DNA of 61,461 bases from a virus. Taxonomy: Duplodnaviria > Caudoviricetes. The translations under genes were made by a program, and so were the position numbers. The stretch spans positions 1 to 61,461 of IMG/VR virus record IMGVR_UViG_3300025759_000099; one strand, 5' to 3'. The notes under the pieces were generated by a model. It was not told the origin of the DNA. It worked only from the letters and a program-made list of their open reading frames with translations, and ran no database searches. Below, piece by piece: positions 39,609-47,114 of this stretch. Each line of letters starts with the position of its first letter. Position 1 is the first letter of the stretch.

Positions 39609-40237
39609 TACGCTACCTTCCTTCTAACTTGACCAGAACGGTACGCATCTTGGCGCATCTTACCGCTACCAAGATTAGTCAACAGCGCAATAGACTGTGC
39701 ATACATGTTATCGTACAAAGCGACCATATCAGGTTCACCTTTGAGGAACCTGATAGCTTCTACCAACGCACCATTTAGTAGGGCAGAGTCAAATTCATCC
39801 CCCAACCAAGTAGTACCGGCGGTAACAATGGACTCTGGATAGTAGCCATAGTGAAGCTCTACTACGTAGTTACTATCCGGTGTCGGCCCTAAGATAAATG
39901 CAGTATCGTCAAAGAACGCATAGTGTTTAGGGAGTCCAGTAGTGCTTGGGTTAGGATAGGCTTCACGAACAAAATTTACATCTTTATCAAGTAAGTATTG
40001 AAAATTACCGTCGTCATCCGTTACCGCTATAGAAAACACATATAACATATCTGTAGGGTATATCAGATATTTATTCCCAGAAGTCACGTTACCTGTCTGG
40101 TTTCGACGCAACTCAGGTATCTGTACAGTGTTATATATCTTCTGTTCCGCTTGTTCTGTAAACATAGCAAGCTGGTCATCTGTAAAAGTGTTCTCACAAA
40201 TGTCTTGGATATTAGTTTTTAACTCGGTGTAGTTCAC
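39608..40237 (-). CDS. Head-tail adaptor/connector-like protein
   Basis: MNYTELK...AEQKIYN...GLPKHYA...LGPTPD...LLNGALVEA. Confidence 0.7.
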   Translation of the reverse strand: MNYTELKTNIQDICENTFTDDQLAMFTEQAEQKIYNTVQIPELRRNQTGNVTSGNKYLIYPTDMLYVFSIAVTDDDGNFQYLLDKDVNFVREAYPNPSTTGLPKHYAFFDDTAFILGPTPDSNYVVELHYGYYPESIVTAGTTWLGDEFDSALLNGALVEAIRFLKGEPDMVALYDNMYAQSIALLTNLGSGKMRQDAYRSGQVRRKVA

Positions 40238-40249
40238 CAGAATTACCTC

Positions 40250-40408
40250 TTACGCCATAGGGCCACGGGCCATAGTGCCTTTAATAGCTGCTCCGTTACC
40301 ACGAGTTTTAACACCCGAAGTTTTCATATTGATCGGCTGATTACAGCAATCAGCAACTTTATATACTTTAGGCTGGTTCGGCATTTTCTTTACTTTACTT
40401 ATTTTCAT
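40250..40408 (-). CDS. Small basic protein (52 aa, not in ORF track)
   Basis: Ends KTSGVKTRGNGAAIKGTMARGPMA; AGGTG RBS. Confidence 0.7.
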   Translation of the reverse strand: MKISKVKKMPNQPKVYKVADCCNQPINMKTSGVKTRGNGAAIKGTMARGPMA

Positions 40409-40417
40409 CTTAATCAC

Positions 40418-40765
40418 CTAATCTGTTGATACTGTTACAGTTCCTACGGCTCCAGAACCTTCTAAATTATCTGGAGTTAGTCCATCGTTACCATTTAATC
40501 CTACAGGGTTCCAACCCCATTGAATATCTCTACTAACTTCTAATTCGGCTGAATCTGGTCTTGGGTCACGCACAGCCTGTGGGTCTTCTACTACAAATTC
40601 ACCCAAATGTAACTGTGGATGATCTGGGTTCCAACACTCAGGGCAAGCCTTTATATTTGTTTCCTTACCCTTTCGCACTAAATTATGCAGTTCACGTAAA
40701 CGATACTGAAATCCACACACATCACATATCGCAATAGCATTAACAGCAGCACTATATCTAGCCAT
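40418..40765 (-). CDS. Zn-finger virion-associated protein
   Basis: CDVCGF...CPECWNPDHPQL...DPRPD. Confidence 0.7.
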   Translation of the reverse strand: MARYSAAVNAIAICDVCGFQYRLRELHNLVRKGKETNIKACPECWNPDHPQLHLGEFVVEDPQAVRDPRPDSAELEVSRDIQWGWNPVGLNGNDGLTPDNLEGSGAVGTVTVSTD

Positions 40766-41454
40766 TACATAGCCCTAAACATACGTGGGACAAATCTTAC
40801 CGAGGCTTTTTCTCTATCCTCTCCCGCTGCCAAATCAAACTGCCTTTCATATTCAGCCTGTAACATAGGTATCCTAGGCATTAATTCTGGGTCTTTTTGC
40901 GCTATATAATACGCCAACCCAGATACTAAACATGGTAAGAATCTGAAGTTCATATCTGCTGTTTCTGCACCCGCCCCAGCGTCTTCGATCCTACGCATAC
41001 GCCAGTAAACAAGTGTGTAGTTGTTGCTGTCAGGTACAGGCCAAACAGTAACAGAGGGATTATCTCTACCGCGCTCAACCTTAAGTTGTATTGGGCGACC
41101 TTGTGATAGTTTATTGGGGATAGACGAGTATGTAGAAACACTTATTCTGGACATATTTAGATCAGATTGTGTACTTACACTACCTGCACCCGTTCTCACA
41201 ACTTGTTCTAGTAAGTCAATGGTGTCAGCGGGTAGATTGTAAGTAGCTGTGCCTGAAGTAAGAGCTACACTGCCTTCTTCAATAGTCCACATATTTATGC
41301 CACGATTTTGCCATTCTATAGTCAGCAAATTCATAGACCGTCTGGCAGTACGTAAATCATAGCCAGAACGCATCTCTCTACCGGCACGTTCCCACGCTTC
41401 TTCTGCTATTTCAGTGAAGTCTGGATTAAATGCTGTAGTGCCTGATGTAGCCAT
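40765..41454 (-). CDS. Head-tail adaptor / tail tubular protein A-like
   Basis: MATSGTTAF...EEAWER..GYDLRTARRS...WPVPD...RFLPCLVSGLAYY. Confidence 0.7.
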   Translation of the reverse strand: MATSGTTAFNPDFTEIAEEAWERAGREMRSGYDLRTARRSMNLLTIEWQNRGINMWTIEEGSVALTSGTATYNLPADTIDLLEQVVRTGAGSVSTQSDLNMSRISVSTYSSIPNKLSQGRPIQLKVERGRDNPSVTVWPVPDSNNYTLVYWRMRRIEDAGAGAETADMNFRFLPCLVSGLAYYIAQKDPELMPRIPMLQAEYERQFDLAAGEDREKASVRFVPRMFRAM

Positions 41455-41744
41455 TATTTCTTCTTCCTAGCTGTCTTTCGCTTTAGCGATTGCACTCTTC
41501 TTGGTTTGCCCGCTGGCTGCCCCAAGCGTTTTTTCTGACTTACTCTTGACTTCTTCTCTGCTGAAGTCATTTCAGAAGCTGTTTTAGGGGTCTTACTAGA
41601 CACCCTCTTAGTGGGCCTACAATACGGCGTACCACGTTTTTCACCCTTTTGACGCCCGCAAGCCTTCCCTGTCCGAACGTCCTTCCAGTCCTCTTTAAAC
41701 CACCTTTTAAGGGCTGCACCCTTTTTGGTTTTACGAACCGCCAC
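41454..41744 (-). CDS. Small basic protein (DUF5872-like)
   Basis: LKRWFKEDWKDV...CGR...PYCRP..RVSSKTPKT; GTG start at 41744. Confidence 0.65.
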   Translation of the reverse strand: MAVRKTKKGAALKRWFKEDWKDVRTGKACGRQKGEKRGTPYCRPTKRVSSKTPKTASEMTSAEKKSRVSQKKRLGQPAGKPRRVQSLKRKTARKKK

Positions 41745-41874
41745 TGGCTTTCTTTTTCCTGCATTTAGCAATAGCGCCAGAAGCATAGGCAGACGGGAAA
41801 ACTTTATACTGCGCCTTTACCTTACGATAACACGCATCTTTTACCGTACCGCCTTTTTTATAGTAGCGCTTCAT
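41731..41874 (-). CDS. Small basic protein (47 aa, not in ORF track)
   Basis: MKRYYKKGGTVKDACYRKVKAQYKVFPSAYASGAIAKCRK. Confidence 0.7.
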   Translation of the reverse strand: MKRYYKKGGTVKDACYRKVKAQYKVFPSAYASGAIAKCRKKKASGGS

Positions 41875-42194
41875 CTAATACTTGTAGGTCGTTTACGGGC
41901 TATACCGTTACCCCGGCACATAACCTTACCGCCGTCGTTGTAGCCTTTAGCCTTGTGTTCCGAATCTTTCATCATAGAACCATCAGGCATTTTGTGATAA
42001 CCGGTCATACCACCGCTTCTCATTCTTTTAGTACCGCAATTTGACATTTCTCCACCTCGATTAAATTTTCTACCTTCGTCAGCCTTTTCATAGTCTTTAC
42101 CCACGCTCTGTGGGATTCCAACTTGTTTAGCAAACTTAGGGTTATTAGCTACAGCTACCATAAGATTATGCTGTTTTTTACTTTTACTCGGCAT
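41871..42194 (-). CDS. Small basic protein
   Basis: MPSKSKKQHNLM.AVANNPKFAKQVGIPQSVG; three xxGG motifs. Confidence 0.75.
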   Translation of the reverse strand: MPSKSKKQHNLMVAVANNPKFAKQVGIPQSVGKDYEKADEGRKFNRGGEMSNCGTKRMRSGGMTGYHKMPDGSMMKDSEHKAKGYNDGGKVMCRGNGIARKRPTSIR

Positions 42195-42197
42195 AGC

Positions 42198-42491
42198 CTA
42201 CCACTTAACCTTATCGGCCCAGTACGCCGCACTCATCTTACCTTTCTTGATGTTGCGTCCGTGGCGGGCCTTGAAGGATTTACGCTTTGCTTTCATACGC
42301 GCAGATTCACCCTTCTTAGGTTTACCGGCGGTACTTGCGCCTTGCTCGCCAAAACGTATTATCTTCTTTTTCCCACCCTCACATGCTTTAACTACATGAG
42401 ACTTTTTTGGGTGTGAAGGAGTACGCCTTGGCTTGTTGCAAGCCATAGCTTGTTTGTCGACCTTACCGCCAGCTTTATAATAGCGACGCAT
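42198..42491 (-). CDS. Small basic protein
   Basis: KKSHVV...IIRFGEQG...RKSFKARH...SAAYWADKVKW. Confidence 0.75.
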   Translation of the reverse strand: MRRYYKAGGKVDKQAMACNKPRRTPSHPKKSHVVKACEGGKKKIIRFGEQGASTAGKPKKGESARMKAKRKSFKARHGRNIKKGKMSAAYWADKVKW

Positions 42492-42500
42492 AAGAATCTC

Positions 42501-42776
42501 CTAGCTATAGAACACAGTCATTGCGGTTATATTGGTAGCAGTAGTCACATAGACATCATTGCTAAATCTAATCCCGTTATCAGGAATGTTTACTGAGTGG
42601 GAATCAGAAGCTAGAAAGTCTATGTCCAACAGAGTTTCCCCACCATTACCATTAGTAACAGTAAGTCTACCCGCTCCTGCGCTTGTAAGAACTTGTATCT
42701 GCCTTACACGCGCTGGGCCTACACCAAGAGAACCGGTACCTGTGACTCGCTTACTGGAAACATCAGAGCTTGACAT
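42501..42776 (-). CDS. Small virion structural protein
   Basis: GPARVR...IPDNGIRF...TVFY. Confidence 0.7.
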   Translation of the reverse strand: MSSSDVSSKRVTGTGSLGVGPARVRQIQVLTSAGAGRLTVTNGNGGETLLDIDFLASDSHSVNIPDNGIRFSNDVYVTTATNITAMTVFYS

Positions 42777-42779
42777 AGG

Positions 42780-42899
42780 TTACTCCTTCGGCTTAGTAGC
42801 CTTAATTTTTGGGGTAGCTTTTTTCTTGGGTGTACCATCTGGATTTAACCCACGAGCTGCTAGTTCTTCAGCGCTTGGTTTTTTAAACCTATCACTCAT
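42780..42899 (-). CDS. Small basic protein (39 aa, not in ORF track)
   Basis: GAGGTG RBS; MSDRFKKPSAEELAARG...KPKE. Confidence 0.6.
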   Translation of the reverse strand: MSDRFKKPSAEELAARGLNPDGTPKKKATPKIKATKPKE

Positions 42900-42910
42900 A
42901 AGTCACCTCA

Positions 42911-43153
42911 TTAAGCAGATGCAGTTGCGCCAGTATCTACACGAATCCAGTTAGAACCATCGGAAAATACAAGGTTACCTGTACCATTACCTGTAGTTTC
43001 AGAAGCCTTCAGGGCGTTTGACGCATACAGAACAGTACCCGCACCTGCCGAAGCTGCCGCTGGGAGTGCAGCTACAGTGTAGCTGGGGACTTTAATATCG
43101 CCGACAAAGCCATTAGTGCTTGTTACCGGCCCGGAAAAAGTAGTTGAAGCCAT
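42911..43153 (-). CDS. Capsid-associated (decoration/fibre-like) protein
   Basis: GAGGT RBS then MASTTFSGPV; FSDGSNW. Confidence 0.7.
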   Translation of the reverse strand: MASTTFSGPVTSTNGFVGDIKVPSYTVAALPAAASAGAGTVLYASNALKASETTGNGTGNLVFSDGSNWIRVDTGATASA

Positions 43154-43165
43154 TAGAATTACCTC

Positions 43166-43228
43166 TTGCACAAGGTTTGGTTTCGTAGTCTGTGCAACGT
43201 CAGGCGGGCAAAAACCTGTCTACGAAAC
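43166..43228 (-). ncRNA. Pseudoknotted RNA element downstream of the capsid gene (candidate Mu-gpT-DE-like motif)
   Basis: Crossed pairings 43220-43228/43180-43188 (9 bp) and 43191-43197/43166-43172 (7 bp), plus hairpin 43201-43218. Confidence 0.6.
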
Positions 43229-43248
43229 TAATTGGTGCCCAAAAATTT

Positions 43249-43277
43249 AGTGTATCTCAAAAGAAAGGGGGCGACAA
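43249..43277 (-). promoter_or_regulatory. Putative sigma70 promoter TTGTCG-17-TACACT embedded in the capsid terminator
   Basis: Hexamers with 17-nt spacing just upstream of the pseudoknot. Confidence 0.4.
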
Positions 43278-43286
43278 GCGCCCCCT
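43259..43286 (-). terminator. Intrinsic terminator after the major capsid gene
   Basis: AGGGGGCG-CTTGT-CGCCCCCT then TTCTTTT on the minus strand. Confidence 0.8.
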
Positions 43287-43294
43287 AGTACCTT

Positions 43295-44203
43295 TTATGC
43301 TCCTTCGGAGCCGAAGATACCTAATGGATCAGATACACCAAAGGAGTATCTTTCACGAGCTTTGTAGCGGCTGTTGCCGGTATCAAAGTCAGCATCCATA
43401 GAGGTCTGCATCGGAGTACGAACGAAGTGTTTCAGTCCGTTCGGTACGTCTGTCAGCAGGAACCAAGCATCTACATCTGTCAGGTAATGGTTGACAGTGT
43501 AACCTTCAGGAATCGCACCCATGTTGCGGATAGCGTTGATGTCGTTATCAGCAGTGGCTACGCGCCCTTCAGTTTCTAGCAGACGATCAGCAACGAACTG
43601 AAGATCAGCCGGGACAACCAATTTACGTGGTTTCGCAGCAATCAACAGACCGCGCTCATCTGTCCAACCAGCAATCTGAATGATAGCGGCTTCCAGAGAA
43701 GTTTCGTTCAGGTCAGCAGACACAGCAGGCTCGTTAGAGTTAGTACCACCAGACACCAAAGGATGGGCAGTAGAACAAAGTTCTACACCGTCACCGTAAG
43801 TGACGCTACTATCGAACGCACTGTTCAAAATAGCGGCGGCTTTAACCTGCTTGGTGTAAGCCATAGCGCGGGCCAGAGCTTTGGTATAACGAGAAGACAG
43901 TGAATCGTACAGGTTGTCTTCAATCGCTTCTTCAGTGATTGAAAAGCCCATAGAAACAGTCTCGTGGTTGTACCTTGCAGTCCACGCTTCCTGAGCGTTG
44001 TCATAAGCAATGGCAGAGCCTTCGTTCTTGACGGGGGCGGCTGCAAAGCCTGACAACTTAGTTTCTTCTTCAAAAGAACGATCAGAAGATTCTGTTTCAA
44101 AAATCTCTGCGTGTTCTTCACCATATTTCTGATACTCAAGGCCGAACAAGGCGTTTAGGCCCGGTAAGAGTTCCTTGAGCAGTTGTGCTCTTGATATAGC
44201 CAT
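43295..44203 (-). CDS. Major capsid protein (Mu gpT-like, HK97 fold)
   Basis: MAISRAQLLKELLPGLNALFGLEY...ITEEAIEDNLY...AWFL.TD.PNGLK...KARERYSFG. Confidence 0.9.
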   Translation of the reverse strand: MAISRAQLLKELLPGLNALFGLEYQKYGEEHAEIFETESSDRSFEEETKLSGFAAAPVKNEGSAIAYDNAQEAWTARYNHETVSMGFSITEEAIEDNLYDSLSSRYTKALARAMAYTKQVKAAAILNSAFDSSVTYGDGVELCSTAHPLVSGGTNSNEPAVSADLNETSLEAAIIQIAGWTDERGLLIAAKPRKLVVPADLQFVADRLLETEGRVATADNDINAIRNMGAIPEGYTVNHYLTDVDAWFLLTDVPNGLKHFVRTPMQTSMDADFDTGNSRYKARERYSFGVSDPLGIFGSEGA

Positions 44204-44217
44204 GTGTCAGTTACTCC

Positions 44218-44820
44218 TTAGACGCCAGTGTTCATCGTAACACGATGAGCGCCGGTGGTGAATTTAACCAGAACGTCCGGGTACGTATCATCGGTAGCTG
44301 ATACGAAGTCCATAATCAACAGGCCACCAACGGTAGTTTGTACTGTAGCATCAAGTGCCATAGTAGAGTTACCGGTAGCTGTATTGCCTGAAGTAAGGGC
44401 GTTCTGAGCGGCGGGAAAGCCGGTAATAGTGCCAAGATCGTCCTGACCACTAACACCGTCAAGCTGCGCCTGAAACAGTACGTTAGGATCGTCAACGATG
44501 TAAGCTACTGCATTCACTGCGCCAGAAGGGTAGTACTGAGAGTGTACTGTCTGACCCTGATCGTTTACGTATTCACAACCAACAAATACACCAGCGGCTC
44601 CAATAGAGGAACCACCAAAGTTATTGGTTGTAATGTCTTTACCAGTACCATCGGCAAGCTCGATATAACCAGCAGCAGTTAGCTGCACAATCGAACCATT
44701 GAAGATGTTATTGGCGACCCCAGCAGGGTCAATTTTGTAGTGGGTTACGGCTCCCGCATAGGGAAGACCGTCAGCCCGCTTAACGGGCTTTAGCCCGTAG
44801 GGTGTAGCTGAAGATGCCAT
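44218..44820 (-). CDS. Capsid decoration/minor capsid protein
   Basis: PYGLKPV...GVFVGCEY...DDPNVLF; immediately upstream of the MCP. Confidence 0.7.
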   Translation of the reverse strand: MASSATPYGLKPVKRADGLPYAGAVTHYKIDPAGVANNIFNGSIVQLTAAGYIELADGTGKDITTNNFGGSSIGAAGVFVGCEYVNDQGQTVHSQYYPSGAVNAVAYIVDDPNVLFQAQLDGVSGQDDLGTITGFPAAQNALTSGNTATGNSTMALDATVQTTVGGLLIMDFVSATDDTYPDVLVKFTTGAHRVTMNTGV

Positions 44821-44837
44821 GATAGACTCCTAATAGA

Positions 44838-45284
44838 TTAACCTTTTCCGAAAGTCACCTTAGAGCGCCTGTCATTAAATATAGGCATTCTAGGATCACT
44901 TTCTCGCATCAAGTTGTTGTCGACAGAGTGCATCTGGTTACGAGACTGCTCTCGATAATATCCATTACGTTCGTCGACAAGTTCTTGTGGAGCTTTGCAA
45001 AGCATCAAACCACCTATAACTACATTGTCCTTGAAGCGGTCATTTTCGACTACTGCAAGTTCAATTTCAGGGTGATCTGAAGCCTTAACTGGCTCCCATC
45101 CTTGTCTTAATTTAGAGGTCACATTGGTGGGATCAGCATTTCCACGAGTAGATACACGCACCCATTTGAAACTCCACCCGTCCTGCGAATCAGGGGTCGG
45201 CAATGTTTCTGGCCTACTCCACGATCTTTTACGGGTTTTCTTCTCACGAGATTCTAACTCTCTGTTAATTCTGTTCTCAGCCAT
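44838..45284 (-). CDS. Conserved head-module protein
   Basis: WVRVS...KLRQGWEPV...GGLMLCK...VDNNLMRE. Confidence 0.7.
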   Translation of the reverse strand: MAENRINRELESREKKTRKRSWSRPETLPTPDSQDGWSFKWVRVSTRGNADPTNVTSKLRQGWEPVKASDHPEIELAVVENDRFKDNVVIGGLMLCKAPQELVDERNGYYREQSRNQMHSVDNNLMRESDPRMPIFNDRRSKVTFGKG

Positions 45285-46357
45285 TATGTGTTCCTCAATA
45301 GTTGTGCAACCTGTTTGGCGTATACATCCAAAGGTACGTTAAGACGTTTCGCGATAGCAATTTGTGATTGAGTAAGTCGCACCTTGTTAGGTGAAGTGCT
45401 CCGCGTAGCGGGGGCAACCACGTTGCTAGATTTCTTCTTTGGTTCCTCTGGTTCATCTATCCCGTCATCAAATTGATCTGGGAATACATTTCGCATACGA
45501 GAATTTATCTTCTCGTAGTAATCGTCAGATTGGGGGTCAACCCCCTCTTTGACTAGTTTATTATGGTACCCCAACGCGAAAGCGGTCATTTCATCGTCAG
45601 AACCGAACCACGGATTTTCATCTCTCCATGCTTCAGCCTTTTCATCCCGCGTAATTTGCGGCGTTGAAGGTGCCTCTACTTGTTGTTGTACCGTATTATA
45701 GCTACGTTGTAAAGGGGTTTCTTCCTCTATTGCAGGTTCTTTAAAGGTATTAACCTTCTCCATACGTATTTGTGCAGTATTTAGTAGCTGTTGTGCTTCC
45801 ACAATAGCGTCTGTTTCTCCTGCTTCGTACGCATCTCTATAGGCACGTTTAGCGGCATTAAGTTCTGCTTCTACCTGCCGTTTAGCAGATTGAATTAAAG
45901 CAGCTTGGTTTTTAGTGCTTGATTGTTTTAACTGTTTATTTTCTTCAATTAACTGTTTAGCGTACGCTTCTGCGGCTTCACGCTCACGTAGTGCTTGTTC
46001 TTTAGCCCTACGCTCGTCATGGTACCCTTTACTAAAATGATTAATACGCTTTTTAACCTTTTCAGAGTAATTCTCTAACTCCTCATCGGTTACTTCTTCA
46101 GGAGGTTTTGACGGTTTGCGCCCCTTATCTTTCTCGGGAGTATCGTCTTCGATCTCAATTTCTACCTCTCCAGCTTCTATTTTTGTATCTTCTGCGCCAT
46201 TTTTAACAGATTTGGGCTTCTGTTGGATGTCATCGCGCCCAACAGCAGGTTCAACCTCTATACTAGTGTTAACCTCTTCCTCGGCAGTTATTTCTATTTC
46301 TGTAAGAGATTCATCCTTTTCGTTGGGGAATTCATACTCTACTTGTTGCATAGCCAT
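45284..46357 (-). CDS. Capsid scaffolding protein-like
   Basis: Acidic N-terminus, coiled coil, W...NPWFG, C-terminal LTQSQIAIAKRL...YAK. Confidence 0.7.
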   Translation of the reverse strand: MAMQQVEYEFPNEKDESLTEIEITAEEEVNTSIEVEPAVGRDDIQQKPKSVKNGAEDTKIEAGEVEIEIEDDTPEKDKGRKPSKPPEEVTDEELENYSEKVKKRINHFSKGYHDERRAKEQALREREAAEAYAKQLIEENKQLKQSSTKNQAALIQSAKRQVEAELNAAKRAYRDAYEAGETDAIVEAQQLLNTAQIRMEKVNTFKEPAIEEETPLQRSYNTVQQQVEAPSTPQITRDEKAEAWRDENPWFGSDDEMTAFALGYHNKLVKEGVDPQSDDYYEKINSRMRNVFPDQFDDGIDEPEEPKKKSSNVVAPATRSTSPNKVRLTQSQIAIAKRLNVPLDVYAKQVAQLLRNT

Positions 46358-46367
46358 AATTTATACC

Positions 46368-46778
46368 TCACGCACGAGTAATTTTACTCGGATCATCAAC
46401 AACGGCTTCTACGGAATCGTCGTTTATTAGACGGTATTCCTGTCTGCCGACCTTAAATCGCGTACCACTATTAGCACGGAACATCACGTAATCACCCTGT
46501 TTGCACCACGGGCCAGTTGGGAAACGCTCTGTATCTGCATACGCTTGATCCCCCACGTCTAGTACCACACCAATCATAGACAAGATATACTCATCCCTCA
46601 TGGTCTGTTCTGACTTCAAAAGCCCACTTTCACCGTAGGTTTCATCAATACTCGGTAGAGCTATCAGAACCCTATACCCGACAGGTTTTGGTATTTGCTC
46701 GTTTAAAACCACTTCCTGTGCTTTATCGTCCTCTATCTTTTGCTTGCGCTTCTGCTCTAGTGCAGTAAGTTCAGTCAT
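46368..46778 (-). CDS. groES: GroES-like co-chaperonin
   Basis: PVGYRVLI...SGLL...GVVLDVG..AY...WCKQGDYV...RLINDDSVEAVV. Confidence 0.8.
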   Translation of the reverse strand: MTELTALEQKRKQKIEDDKAQEVVLNEQIPKPVGYRVLIALPSIDETYGESGLLKSEQTMRDEYILSMIGVVLDVGDQAYADTERFPTGPWCKQGDYVMFRANSGTRFKVGRQEYRLINDDSVEAVVDDPSKITRA

Positions 46779-46968
46779 CTTCGTCTTCCATATAGTTACG
46801 CGAGAGGTCTTGTAGTTCTCTTATTGCGGTAGTTAGACCTCGAATTACCCCACAAATCTCACGGTACTGGGCGTAGTCTTTCGCAGCCCCAGAAACCAAT
46901 GATTCTTCGCAAGAGTCTACGGACTCTTGTAGTTTTTCTCTTAGCACGTCAAAGACGGTTTTAGCCAT
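46771..46968 (-). CDS. Conserved hypothetical protein
   Basis: LVSGAAKDYAQYREICGVIRGL. Confidence 0.75.
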   Translation of the reverse strand: MAKTVFDVLREKLQESVDSCEESLVSGAAKDYAQYREICGVIRGLTTAIRELQDLSRNYMEDEDD

Positions 46969-47114
46969 TATCTACCTTGCCCTCTATACTTTTTAAACGA
47001 CATTTTCTTGGCTTTATTCATAGAAGCCATTTTTAATTTACCATTGCCAATGCTGGTACCTTTGACGCTTTTACCCTCACGAATGAGGTCTTGGTTAGAG
47101 ACTTGTTTAGCCAC
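46968..47114 (-). CDS. Small basic protein (48 aa, not in ORF track)
   Basis: GTG start; KGTSIG...SMNK...FKKYRGQGR. Confidence 0.65.
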   Translation of the reverse strand: MAKQVSNQDLIREGKSVKGTSIGNGKLKMASMNKAKKMSFKKYRGQGR

